Source: Octopus vulgaris
Taxonomy: Eukaryota
DNA: 64,000 bases
Assembly: GCA_951406725.2 (NCBI GenBank)
Contig: OX597826.1
Span: 11,284,001-11,348,000 of the forward strand
Direction: 5' to 3'
Shown here: piece by piece, positions 1-13,189 of the stretch
Position numbering within the stretch: position 1 is the stretch's first letter
Layout: each line of letters begins with the position of its first letter
The notes under the pieces: model-generated
Databases searched by the model: none
Told to the model about the DNA's origin: nothing
Seen by the model: the letters and a program-made list of their open reading frames with translations, nothing else
Translations under genes and position numbers: made by a program

Positions 1-76
1 GAAATATATATATATATGTGTGTATGTATATATGTATGTATTATGTATATATATATATATACATATTTATATATAA

Positions 77-188
<112 letters not shown>

Positions 189-864
189 GTACATATATAT
201 ATATATATATATATATACATACATACATATATGCATACATATTTACTCACATAAGCTTACACAGCCAGATAGTCATCACTTTAACACGAACGCATCTTTA
301 TATCTATAACACAAGCACAAATCTCCCCCTCTCTCTCTCTCTCTCTCTCTTTCTATCTATATATTCACACACACACACATGCAATACAAGCATACGTGTG
401 TGTGTGTGTTTGTGTGTGCGTGCATGCGTTCGCCTGTACATCGTAATAGAGAATGTTTTGCGAGCGTGACAAGGAGCGAAGAAGAGTGCCATCCATCCAT
501 CCATCCATTATGTCGATCCCATCATCAACATTACATCCCGCCCTTACCACAGCCATTGTTAGCCACACCTACTACTGTTACTGCTAATAACATCACCGCC
601 GAATCCCTGCCCCGGTCATCAAATCCACAATTGCAACACAGCGCGAGCAACGATATCATTGGTGCTTGACAAGTGACTATTAAATAAGTTACTTCACTTC
701 TCCTACCTCCTTGTCTTTCGTTCTCCCTCCTTCCCTCTCTCACTCTCTCTTTGTCTCTTTCTCCTTATTTCTTTCAACGTCCATATCACCTATTCTCCCG
801 ATTTTAACTTCTGCCTCGTGTGTGCGTGTGTGTGTGTACGTGTGCGTGTTTTTATTCCCTCTCG

Positions 865-980
865 ATTTATTTCCTCGTATTCCTTTCTTTCGAAGAGCGT
901 AGGCTCGAAACGTAAAAGACTTTTCCTTTTTTCCCGAGCGTCAAACTAATACACTATACACTTGCCTGTCTTCGTCTTTT

Positions 981-982
<2 letters not shown>
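865..982 (+). mobile_element. Older, diverged relative of the same mini-element
   Basis: CTTT-CTTTCGA-A-GAGCGTAGGCTC-GAAACGTA-AAAGACTTT at 883-923, followed by GAGCGT..ACTAATAC and GTCTTCGTCTTTTGT as in the other copies. Confidence 0.55.
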
Positions 983-1023
<41 letters not shown>

Positions 1024-1264
1024 TATTGACATTCTTTTTCTATTTATTTCAGTCATTTGACAGCGGTCATGCCGGAGCATCGCCTTCAGTCGAACAAATC
1101 GACCCAATATTTGCTGTTATACATATATATGTAATTATAGACACACACACATAGGTATTTGCAATGATATATATATATAAAATTATATATATATGTTTGC
1201 AATTATTGATATATAAGTTTATAATCATATCCATCCATCCATCCATCCATCCATCCATCCATCC

Positions 1265-1344
<80 letters not shown>

Positions 1345-1433
1345 GTACACATACAGACATACGCATATTTGTATGTATATAATTATATATGTGTATGTAT
1401 AGATTTAAACCTATAGAATTATATATTATATCA

Positions 1434-1496
<63 letters not shown>

Positions 1497-1497
1497 A

Positions 1498-1697
1498 AGG
1501 CGGCGAGCTGGCAGAATCGTTAGCGCACTGAACGAAATACTTCGCCCGTCGCTACGTTCTGAGTTCAAATACCGCCGCGGTCCACTTTACTGTTCATCCT
1601 TTCGGGGTCGATAAAATAAGTGCCATTTGAACACTGGGGTCGATGTAATCGATTTGTCACCTACCCCAAAATTGCTGCCTTGTGGCAAAATATAAAC

Positions 1698-1700
<3 letters not shown>
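1498..1700 (+). mobile_element. SINE family C (tRNA-like head + Meta/MESC-like central domain), short-tail form
   Basis: AGGCGGCGAGCTGGCAGAATCGTTAG...GAGTTCAAAT...TTCATCCTTTCGGGGTCGATAAAATAAGT; flanked by (ATT)n. Confidence 0.8.
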
Positions 1701-1733
<33 letters not shown>

Positions 1734-1842
1734 AATTTCATATGTATATAATTTTACATACATGCATTTATATACATTTATATACATGCAAACAAACACT
1801 CCATCCATCCCCGCCTGCACACACATACACTCACAGATACAC

Positions 1843-1885
<43 letters not shown>

Positions 1886-2559
1886 CACACACATCCCATT
1901 TTCAGGCATCATCAGCTCACAAGGGGAGACGAGAAACGTTTAATGAGCAATTAATTAAATGAACTTTAGTACTTTACAGTTAGATATTTTACTGGTCCCT
2001 AGAACGTTGAAAAGCAAAGTTATTCCCGATCGGATTTGAACTTAATGATATAGAATAAAATTTAAAAAAGTATCAACGAAACTCAATGATGAATATAACT
2101 CCAAGTGCTGCACAAGGCCAGCATTTTCAATGTGGGGAAACAATGAATTTTGTTCTCCCCAGAAGAATTTTATTTTACCGATCTGGAATGACATGAGGTA
2201 AAGTTGCCCTTGTGGGATTAAATCTAATTATGTAAACAAGCGGAATAAATACCAGAAGGCATTTTATCCGATGCCCTGTCGATTCTGCCAATCCAACCGC
2301 CTCTTGAATAATATAAATAAAGTACATCTTTAGTTTGGTTCTATTGATCGTTCGAAGCATCTTTGGTGAGGAACCAAAAGAATATATAAACATTATAAAT
2401 GAAATGCATTTCCTGAGATGGTTAATTAAAAAAAAAACTGTAGAAAAGTAAGTAGTTTTAGAAACCATCTGATAGCATTTCTTCCACGAATACAACTTAT
2501 GCAATTCATGCAAATCACAAGTCCGGTTACAGGCCACATTTTAATATATAGTTTGTATA

Positions 2560-2775
2560 AGGCGGCGTGGCGTACTGGCAGAACCGTTAGCACGCCGGGC
2601 AAAATGCTTGGCGGCATTTCGTCCATCTTTACGTCCTTAGTTCAAATTCCGTTGAGGTCTACTTTGCCTTTCATCCTTTCGAAGATGATAAAATTACATG
2701 CCATTAGGGCACTGGGGTCGATGTAATCGACTTACTCTCACCCCGAAATTTCTGGCCTTATGCCACAATTTGAAA
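2560..2775 (+). mobile_element. SINE family C copy
   Basis: Diverged match to the family C consensus seen throughout the window. Confidence 0.75.
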
Positions 2776-2916
2776 CTCATATAGCTTGTATATATCCATG
2801 CATGCCTAAAATGTATCCATGCATTTGTAAGAAATATAAAAAAAAAACCTGTTTTAATATATGGTACTATCTGTCTATTGTTTGCTGTTTCTTACTGAAA
2901 TGATACATCTATATTC

Positions 2917-3105
2917 ATTTCTTTATTGCCCACAGGAGGCTAAACGCAGAGGGGACAAACAAAGGGATTAAGTCGATTACATCGACCCCAGAGCGTAACT
3001 GGTACTTATTTAATCGACCCCGAATGGATGAAAGGCAAAGTCGACCTCGGCGGAATTTGAACTCGGAACTTAACGGCAGACGAAATATCGCTAGGCAGTT
3101 CGCCC
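2917..3105 (-). mobile_element. SINE family C, long-tail form
   Basis: Reverse complement of most of the 20067-20297 type. Confidence 0.8.
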
Positions 3106-3668
3106 ATTAATATCAGCTTTGTTATTAGCTCTCATTTTTATATGTTAAATTGAAGATTTTGGTAAAATCCATATTCCAAGGAAAGAAAGAATGGTATGCG
3201 ATTTTACTTATTTACCAGACGAGGTATCAACAATTGCTCTCTCTCTCTTTCTTTCTCTCTCTCTCTCTCCCTCTCTTATATACATTTGACGAAAGAAAAG
3301 ATAATGAAATATTTGATTGATTATTCATTCCTTGCAATTATTGAACTAAGGCAACTCTTCTGCGAACCCACCCGTTGAGGATTCAATCGGAAGCTCAACT
3401 ATTGATACAATGCAGTAAACTATGACAAGACAAGGAAACTGACCTTCCCATCGAATACTCAGTATTTTACGAACTTAGCCCCTTACTTTCCTTTTGACGT
3501 TTTTAAACACCTTATCAAGTAACAGGAGCATCCACTACTTTACATCCGCACAGAACAACAACAACAACAACAACCATAATAGTCTGTACAATTAGTTTCA
3601 TCTACTTTCCACACTTGTTAGACTTTACTAAGAATAACACAAAGACAAAAATGCACACACACACACGC

Positions 3669-3730
<62 letters not shown>

Positions 3731-4193
3731 ACATACACAAACACAGAGGCGAGAATTAAATTTCCAGTCAATAAAAGAGACCCTAAACTGTTATAATCAC
3801 CATCAGTAATCAAATGGTTAACCCGAAAAACAGAAGGGCAAAACCGAAAATACTCACAACGAAAAACATAAACAATTTCTGCTAATAACACCGCTCTTCT
3901 GATAATCGGGGCCAACAATATCATCGCTTTCTTATGGTTGCAATACTGCAGACGATGAGCCAGAGCGAGCGCTGTGATACAAATAGATCAGCACACGTTG
4001 AGATTTTGAGTTTCTGACTCAACTTTGATACTCAGACGTAGCATTTCGTGTGTGCTTGGTAGACTCACGTAACAACCTATCGTTAATCGTTGCTGAGAGT
4101 TCAGTAATCCATTGTTGACTATATGTGTGTGTATGTGTGTATGTGTGTGTGTGCGTGTGTGTAAGCATGAATGTACATATGTGTGTGCATATG

Positions 4194-4259
<66 letters not shown>

Positions 4260-4398
4260 TATATTTACATATGCACATACACACAGAGACGTATATGGCT
4301 ATATGTAACGGCTTAACGTGCTTAGCATGCTAGCTCAAATTGTCGGAAATGGCAACTAAACCTTCATATGGTCCTAACGATACAAAGATCACATCGCA

Positions 4399-4449
<51 letters not shown>

Positions 4450-4743
4450 GTGTGCGTGTGTATGTATGTGTGCATGTGTGTGCGCGCGTAAGTGTGTTTA
4501 AAAAGAAATGGTCACGGACAGCTAGAATGTCATTCATTATGATCACCAATATTGATTTAATATATTATTTACTTTGTGTGTGTATATATATATATTCCAA
4601 CTTAAACTGACTAAAATTAGTTACGCAATTATGCTATCATTACATGTTCTAAAAGTACACATGGGGTCGCAATCAGACATACACCTCTCTCGCTCAGTGT
4701 GAATACGTATGAATATATATAATTACTATCTCTCTCTCTCTCT

Positions 4744-4792
<49 letters not shown>

Positions 4793-4795
<3 letters not shown>

Positions 4796-4966
4796 AAAGT
4801 TTAAGGAAAAAGACAAAAGACGAAGACGGGTGGTGTACAAAACAAACAGATGTATTAGTATAACGCTCAGGAATAGAAAAAGTCTTTTACGTTTCGAGCC
4901 TACGCTCTTCTACAGAAACGGACACAGAAAACAAGGAGAGAAAAAAATGTGTGTAGTGGCTAACGA
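4793..4966 (-). mobile_element. About 175-bp (TA)n-embedded mini-element with minimal hammerhead-like motif at 4884-4919 (probable non-autonomous Penelope-like derivative)
   Basis: Near-identical to 51361-51549. Contains TTT-CTGTAGA-A-GAGC GTAG GCTC-GAAA-CG-TA-AAA. Flanked by a direct repeat ATAATTACTATCTCTCTCTC at about 4720 and 4966 (TSD-like). Confidence 0.65.
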
Positions 4967-4972
4967 TAATTA

Positions 4973-5096
<124 letters not shown>

Positions 5097-5364
5097 ATTA
5101 TTACTACACACATACACACCACACACACACACACACATATATATATATAAAGAAAAATATTGGGTGGTAGAAATTTGGGATAATTTTATATTTCGCACTT
5201 TCATTTCGTTTTAAAAAATCAACAGGAATGATCGCTTGTGTCATAACTAACATAAAGAATCTTGCAAACCAAATCCAAACTATATGAAAGCGCTAAATAA
5301 ATAATTATATGAAATTCTGATTACCTCCTTATTCTTAATATATAAAATGCGTACACCACGCCAA

Positions 5365-5419
<55 letters not shown>

Positions 5420-5598
5420 CTATATAGCTATATCTCACTCTATATATGTATATACGTGTTTGTCCAGACATTATATAGATGCATATATATGTACGTATGA
5501 ACACACACACACACAATGAAATATATACTAAGTGATTATATATATATATATATGTATGTCTGTGTGTACCTATATTTGTATATATATATGTGTGTGTA

Positions 5599-5631
<33 letters not shown>

Positions 5632-5709
5632 TGTAATATATATATATATAAATATATTACATAGACATAGGCACCAACACATATTAACACATGCATGTAT
5701 GATATCTCC

Positions 5710-5758
<49 letters not shown>

Positions 5759-5854
5759 ATAAAACGGTAAGATAACAAAAGAAAGAAAGAGACCTCAATA
5801 TTATGTAAATAGAGGAAATTTATCTATACAATATGTTACATTACTCGGTAGTCA

Positions 5855-5917
5855 AGATAAAACTCTGAGTTTCAGATGCCGAAGTGGAAATCCACAACAC
5901 CATCTCTTCGGTTATCT
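5855..5917 (-). ncRNA. Identical hammerhead-like motif on minus strand (left arm; sense to Dbx pre-mRNA)
   Basis: Exact reverse complement of 5956-6018. Confidence 0.65.
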
Positions 5918-5955
5918 GGCTATTAGCCAGATAACCGAAATAACTGGAAATAGCC

Positions 5956-6018
5956 AGATAACCGAAGAGATGGTGTTGTGGATTTCCACTTCGGCATCTG
6001 AAACTCAGAGTTTTATCT
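5956..6018 (+). ncRNA. Type I hammerhead-like motif (CCGAAGA core variant), right arm of inverted repeat
   Basis: AGATAA-CCGAAGA-GATG...GTGGA TT TCCAC...CATC-T-GAAA-CTCAGAGTT-TTATCT. Perfect 6-bp stem I, palindromic stem III ACTC(A)GAGT, GUU triplet. Confidence 0.65.
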
Positions 6019-6040
6019 TGACTACCGAGTAATGTAACAT

Positions 6041-6091
<51 letters not shown>

Positions 6092-6362
6092 CCATTTGTC
6101 TATTTCTTTGGCTATCTCCCTTTCTCTCTATCTATTCGTCTATTTATCTTTCTATATTAATGTTGTGTCCCGTGAAACCAGCTGTGATCAATTTATAGAT
6201 ATTACAATAAATATAATAGTACGTAGTTAGTTATACAAACACTATAGAGAACGACTTCAAGAAAACAAAACTAAATTGATAAAAAAATGAAAAGCAATTA
6301 ATACGGTCATGTTTTCAGTACATCACCATACATGTTATGTGTGTGTGAGTGTGTGTGTGTGA

Positions 6363-6403
<41 letters not shown>

Positions 6404-6473
6404 TTTAAAAATATATAATTATAGATTTTATATATATAAATGAATTACATAAAGAATATGTAATTATAATACG

Positions 6474-6522
<49 letters not shown>

Positions 6523-6573
6523 GTACTTGTTTCAGTCATTTGACTGCGGCCATGCTGGAGCACCGCCTTTAGA

Positions 6574-6738
6574 GTGGTGAAAGAGTACAGCAGGGATCAC
6601 CACCATCCCCTGCCGGAGCCTCGTGGAGCTTTTAGGTGTTTTCGCTCAATAAACACACACAACGCCCGGTCTGGGAATCGAAACCGCGATCCTCCGACCG
6701 CAAGTCCGCTGCCCTAACCACTGGGCCATTGCGCCTCC

Positions 6739-6739
<1 letters not shown>
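6574..6739 (-). mobile_element. SINE family A head (tRNA-derived), abutting a family B tail at 6523-6572
   Basis: Minus strand TGGAGGCGCAATGGCCCAGTGGTTAGGGCAGCGGAC...GGTTTCGATTCCC (A and B boxes). Confidence 0.8.
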
Positions 6740-6771
<32 letters not shown>

Positions 6772-7191
6772 CGCATACAAATTTAAAACAATAAAGTTAC
6801 AGTACACACACACACACATACACACATATGTATCTATATTTTAGCACATCATAAATTCGTAATGTTATATGTGTATGTATGTAAAGATACACTTATTTGA
6901 TGTCTAGTAATATAAGCTTTTGTCTGTGTGTGTGTGTGTGTATGCGTGTGTGCGTATATATACATATGTATATATATAATATAAATAACATATAAATACA
7001 TATGCATATATACATACATATATGTGCATACCTACATATATATGAATATAGGAACGCATATATGGGTATAGGACGTCATAAAACGTAAACAACATGAAAT
7101 ACGAAAGTTATGGTGGGTACGCAAAGAAGGAGAGAAACAAATGGAAAACAAGTCAAGTAACATAAATATATACATACATACATACATACAT

Positions 7192-7251
<60 letters not shown>

Positions 7252-7359
7252 GAATGCGATACTCACTCATTTTGAAATATTGTATTGTTACATACGCACA
7301 TACATATTTTATATGTATATATTACACATACGCACATGTATATACACATTCATATCTCC

Positions 7360-7464
<105 letters not shown>

Positions 7465-7527
7465 CTTATATTCAAATGTATACACACATAATTATATGTA
7501 TGTATGTATGTATCTCTATATTATATT

Positions 7528-7574
<47 letters not shown>

Positions 7575-7804
7575 CGTGTATGCAAGAAATTTAGAAATAA
7601 TATATTTAATAATTGTATATCCGAAAGTGTAAACCATTCTTGAGAACTTGACTAGTTTTCCGTGGTTATCGCAATCCATGCATGCATGCTTACGTATAAA
7701 TATATACATATACTTAATAATATAAACACACAGACGTAGTATAGTATGTATGTATGTATGTATGTATGTATGTATGTATGTATGTATGTATGTATGTATG
7801 TATG

Positions 7805-7843
<39 letters not shown>

Positions 7844-8001
7844 ATGTATGTATGTATGTATGTATGTATGTATGTATGTATGTATCTGTCTATCTATCCA
7901 TGATTTGGCGACGGAAAAATTTGCCTTGCTATACTTTTTCCAATATTTTATGTTCTGCTGGCCTTGTACTAAAATTGAAATCAACTATTATACATATACC
8001 A

Positions 8002-8061
<60 letters not shown>

Positions 8062-8732
8062 GTATGTGTGTGTATGTAAAAAAATACAAACTGGGACAAG
8101 AACGCAAAACATTTAGAAGACGATACAAAAAACACGGACGGGACATTCGAAGCCTTCAATCTTCAGTCAAGAATCGGATCATATACACACACTTACATAC
8201 AGGCTCAGTTATACGTATGTACAGACACACACAGGTTTCGCTTTCTTCCATCGAAGGCCGACAAAATTACGAACGAGTTAAATACCGGATTCGTTGTAAT
8301 TCGTTAACCGTCTCCCCTAAAATTAATTGTCTTTGCGCCGACATTTGAAACTAATATGGGCAGACGGTTCCGATCGTTGGACAAAATGCGTTGGGTTAAT
8401 GTTTAGGGTGTGCATGCACCCTTTGTTCAAATCCTTTGGGACTGATGAAATATAATAATAATATAATAATAATAATAATACCAATCAAGTTCTGGTTTCG
8501 ACGGAATTGAGTAACCTTAACCCTGACAAATGCATGTGTTGTGCCTAAATTGCAAACGTTTTATTAAGTGCAGCGAAATGGTAAAATCATCAGAACAGTC
8601 GAAGAAGATATATTATGAGATTTGTTCCGATTCTTTATATTCTATGATAGAATCTTATTCCTTATTTCAAAACTGGTCTTCTACCTAAATCAAAATCATG
8701 TGCTCACCTATAGTAGTTAATAAATATTGTTG

Positions 8733-8792
<60 letters not shown>

Positions 8793-9034
8793 CTTCTTTC
8801 TTCAAATTTTCTTCCATTTCTCGCCGAGTGTTTTTCCGTACACCTAAGGCAGAGAAGCTCATCCTATGCGTTCCCAGATTACACACGCAAATTCACAGGT
8901 AAAATATGTATTTAAAAAAAATTAATAAATAACTAAATTCATGAATGGATGTTGTTTTCACAGCGACAACACTCTTCTCAGTACATGAGCCGTTCCAGTT
9001 AACACGATTTTTTGGCACTACTTGTAGGGATTGA

Positions 9035-9105
<71 letters not shown>

Positions 9106-9114
9106 CGTTGCTAA

Positions 9115-9585
9115 TAAGAGCGGCGAATGGGCAAAATCTTTAGCATACCGGGCGAAATGCTTATTAGTATTTTGTCCGTCTTTACATTCTGAGTTCAAAC
9201 TCAGCTGAGGTCGACTTTGCTTTTCATCTTTTCAGAGTTGATTAAATAAGTACCAGTTACGCACTGGGAATGATGTAACCGACTTACCCCCACCCACCAA
9301 TTTCCAGGCCTCGTGCTTATTGTAAAAAAGATTATTGTTATTATTATTCTTGTCATTGTTGTTGTTGTGGTGGTAAAATCGTGAAGGTGTCGGAATAAAT
9401 GCGTAGCAGCATTTCTTCCGGCTCTATACGTTCTGAGTTCAAATGATGGTGAAATCAATTTTGCATTTTCATCTTTTCAGGATTGATAAAATAAAGTAGC
9501 TGAAACCAATGTAATCGACTTCCCCACTTTCCCACACAATTCCTGGCCCTCTACCAAAATTTGGAACTACTACTACTACTACTAC

Positions 9586-9662
<77 letters not shown>

Positions 9663-10095
9663 CGGCGAGCTGGCAGAATCATTAGCACGCCGGTAAAATG
9701 CTTTGCGGTATTTTGTCCGTCTTTACGTTCTAAGTTCAAATTCCGCCGAGGTCAACTTTCCATTTCATCCTTTTGGGGTCGATAGAGTAAGTACCAGTGA
9801 AACACTGGGGTCGATATAATCGAATAGTACCCCACCTCCCAGTTCCAGGCCTTGTGCCTTTAGTAGAAAGGATCATCATCCTCATCATTGACATCATCAT
9901 CAGGGCAGTAAGCTGGTAGAATCGGTAGCACGCCGGGCGAAATGATTTTCGTCCGTCTTCGTGTTCTGAGTTCAAATTCTGCCGCGGTTGACTTTGCTTT
10001 TTTATCCTTTAGGGTTCCATAAAATAAGATAAGGGGTTGGATGCAATCGTCTAGACCCCTTCCCCGAAAATTTCAAACTATTGCAGAAAGGATTA
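9115..10095 (+). mobile_element. Four head-to-tail SINE family C copies (about 9115, 9370, 9660, 9900) separated by triplet repeats
   Basis: Four successive GTTCT(G/A)AGTTCAAA...TTT(C/T)ATC(C/T)TTT units in the same orientation. Confidence 0.75.
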
Positions 10096-10101
10096 CTATT
10101 G

Positions 10102-10134
<33 letters not shown>

Positions 10135-10157
10135 GAAATACTATAAAGAGAACTTAC

Positions 10158-10870
10158 CTTGTTTCGGTGTTGTGTCCGGCGCCAGTATTGCGTTCATTCC
10201 AAATTTAAGGAAAGGTGTTGTGACACCACCTCCTGCAGCCATGCTTCCAACTGAACCGGTCGGGCACGAGGGTGTTGTCCTGCCTGTCACCGGCTCTGCA
10301 GCGGCGGCAGCGGCAGCGTGCGCAGCCGCACAAGCGGCCGCCGCTGCAGCAGCGGCCACGGCTGATCGCGCTGCCGCCGCCGCACTCACTGCACCCGCCA
10401 GCGACGTCGTGTTGTTGTTGTTGTTGCTGTTGTTATGGGGATTATTGTGGTTGTTGTTGTTGTTGAGATTGTTGTTGCTGTGATGGTTGTGGCTGTGGTG
10501 ATGATTACCTCCGCCCACATTGCCTTCACAGTCGAAACTACCTGCGCCGTTGCTGCTGTTACAACCCATACTCCCGACCCCCTCACTACCACTCCCGTCG
10601 CCACTGCTCCCAACGCTATCACTACCACCACCACCACCACCGCCGCCGCCGCCGCCGCAAACTCCTACTATCCCCATCACACCCATACCATTAATATTAC
10701 CATTACTAACACCACCACTACTGCCATTACTACTACTATTATTATTATTATTACTACTATTGTTATTATTACAGTTGCTACTATTACTACTACTACTACT
10801 ACTACTACTGCTGCTACTACTGTTACTGCTGCTACTACTACTATTACTATTGCTACTGTTGCAGCCACCG

Positions 10871-10905
<35 letters not shown>

Positions 10906-11571
10906 ACCCGGAATGTGTAGAGACAAAGTGGACAGCGAGGAACAGTTCGAAGACGGATTGACTGAGGACAATAATGACGACGATGACGGTGATGACGATG
11001 ATAATGATGATGATGACGATGATAAGGATGATGACGACGGCGATGTTAGAGACAGCGATGATGATAGTGATGATGATGGCGACGAGGACGATAAGTGTGA
11101 TGACGTATGGGAGGGGTGGTGTAGCGAAGGGGGTGTGTTCACTAAAGTCAATGACGTGTTACTGGTGTTGATGTTGTTGCTGAAGTTGTTGTGGTTGTTG
11201 TTGTTGTTGTTGTTAGTCGTGGTGGTGGTGGTGCAGGTGGTGTTGGCGGTGGCCGCTGCTGCTGCTGCGGCTGCCGCTGCTGCTGCCGCTGCTGCGGCGG
11301 AGGGAGAACAGGGGGAGGAGGAGGAGGAGGAGAGAGAGTTCGAGTTTGTTGTCATTGCGGCGGCACAACGGGAAATGAGGGGCGGGGTTCGATCTCGGAG
11401 CAGGTTCTCCACCAGGAACGACGTCGAAGCCGTGGTGACCGTGGGCGGCGGCGGCGGAGGAGGGGGCGGCGGCGGTGGCGGCGGAGGCGGCGGCGTGGCC
11501 AGCGCCATCGGGGAGACGCGGAACACACTCTGGTGGTAAATGGGCGAAGGAGCCAACACGTTGTTGAACAT
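10158..11571 (-). CDS. Dbx: First coding exon of a Dbx-class (developing brain homeobox) transcription factor; partial CDS, homeodomain exons not in window
   Basis: ORF begins MFNNVLAPSPIY and contains TSFLVENLLR and TPFLKFGMNAIL, in the same order as vertebrate DBX1 motifs (MMFPGLLAPP, SSFLVEDLIR, TTFLKFGVNAIL; recalled). It is a GC-rich island in AT-rich DNA. A consensus donor CAAG|GTAAGT at 10158/10157 follows 471 codons + 1 nt (phase 1), so the ORF-track ending GKFSL* is intronic read-through. Confidence 0.85.
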
Positions 11572-12083
11572 GTTTAGGGGTTGTCTCTTGGCTCTTGTAG
11601 ATGTCGTTGTTGATCGGATGATTGAATGACTTGCGTCAGTGTTGTTGCTGTTGCTGTTGCTGTTTTGTGAGCCTTGAAGGTATCGTTTGATGTTGTTATC
11701 GTTGTTATCGTTGTCGTTATGGCAGATAGATTAAAAGTTGTGGTAGTTGCTCATTTTTGTTTTATTTTTTTTCTTCTTGTAATTATTATAATTCTTTGCA
11801 ATAGTTTATTTTCTTACTTGTTGCTTTTGCTGCCATTGTAGTTATTGTAATCGGTGTAGGTTTGTTGTCGGTCATACATTGAAATAAAGAAAACGACGAA
11901 GCAGAACGGAGAATATTTGTGTATATGTATATAAAATATACATATACGTATAAGAGTAAAGATATTCAAATTATTATGCCGTTGTGAGGATAAGTTTCCG
12001 ACGTTTCGGATAAATCCCTTCTTCGAGGTAGAGATAAAAATGCTGGTCCTTTCAGAATATATTTTTGAAATGAGACGCTGTTG

Positions 12084-12141
<58 letters not shown>

Positions 12142-12539
12142 GTGTTAGAGCACGCAACAAATAAGAGAATTCTTTTTCACTTACTGGACCGACTTATCGT
12201 GTGTAAGAATTTTCAGTACCGTTAAAGATTAAGTGTTGCTATGTTCTTCAGTTCCGGAATCCGGTAAATATTGGCCTTGCAATGGCAAAAGTATATAGGT
12301 AGCAGGAATAATATTTGGGTGGTAGCAAATCATCGTTGTCTTTTTATTTTCTTCTTTTCTCCTTTTTGTTTTCTATGGAAATGTCTGTCGGTTTCTCATA
12401 TCTTATAAATATTTAACCATTAATAGGAAGACGCAGTCTTGGAACCCATAAACATGGGTTCTTTCATTGAAATTTGGACGATATCAACTCAGTTGTCATG
12501 TCTGTCTTTTTGCCAGTATGTATATATGTGTTTATATGT

Positions 12540-12583
<44 letters not shown>

Positions 12584-13124
12584 GTTATTCAGTTTGCATA
12601 TTATTGCTCAATATTTTTGTACTTTGACTGCTATTTTTGTAGGAAGTTTCCTCTAAGATGAAGTTTTCTTTTGACATACATTTTTCCTTTTAGCAAACGT
12701 GTGTGTGTGTGTGCCAATCTGTCCGAGAGTGAGTTTTTCTTTTTCGTATACGTGTGTTTGTATGTTTTACATATTACAACGTCAGAGAAGAAAAAAATAA
12801 ACAAGAGGTGTATACACAACGGAGTGATAACAGGCTGGGTCGGTAACCTGCAAAATAAATGAATAAATAGATAGATAAATGAATAAATAATAATTATAAT
12901 AATTATAATGTTCTTTTCCCTAGGTATCGGGAAGGCACTCGACAATAAATGAAAACAAAATTGAAAGAAGAAAAACAATAATAATAATAATGATAATTAT
13001 AATGTCTGAGGTTGTGAGTACAAACCTCAGTAGACAATATCTTCAATAAACAACATCACGATATTAGATACTGTTCGACGTCTTAAATAATAATAATAAT
13101 GATGATGATACTGCTCTCTCACTC

Positions 13125-13159
<35 letters not shown>

Positions 13160-13189
13160 TAATAATAATGATAATAATAATAATAATAC

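Larger units (their letters stand above)
5825..6048. repeat. Perfect 100-bp inverted repeat (arms 5825-5924 and 5949-6048, 24-nt spacer)
   Basis: Arms are exact reverse complements by inspection. The spacer holds a third partial copy (AGCCAGATAACCGAA). The whole insert (about 5755-6048) lies between (TA)n tracts. Confidence 0.95.

Noticed and set aside
548-677. Possible phase 1-1 minus-strand exon (APMISLLALCCNCG...NNGC, donor G|GTAAGG) as Dbx exon 2
   Set aside because: In frame, but the acceptor is weak and there is no recognisable Dbx similarity; RNA-seq would be needed.
3800-4110. Repeat-free intronic island with splice-like signals
   Set aside because: Candidate exons are tiny or contain an in-frame stop; an enhancer role cannot be supported from sequence alone.
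8095-8182. CTGAAGA on the minus strand of a microsatellite-flanked insert
   Set aside because: No GAAA or stem I partner in the proper arrangement; not counted as a hammerhead.
9115-10095. Regularly repeated units resembling a CRISPR-like array
   Set aside because: The units are about 200-bp diverged SINEs in eukaryotic DNA; no short identical repeats with unique spacers and no cas genes.
10520-11539. 339-aa plus-strand ORF overlapping Dbx
   Set aside because: Antisense shadow of the triplet-rich Dbx exon; non-ATG start and no motifs.
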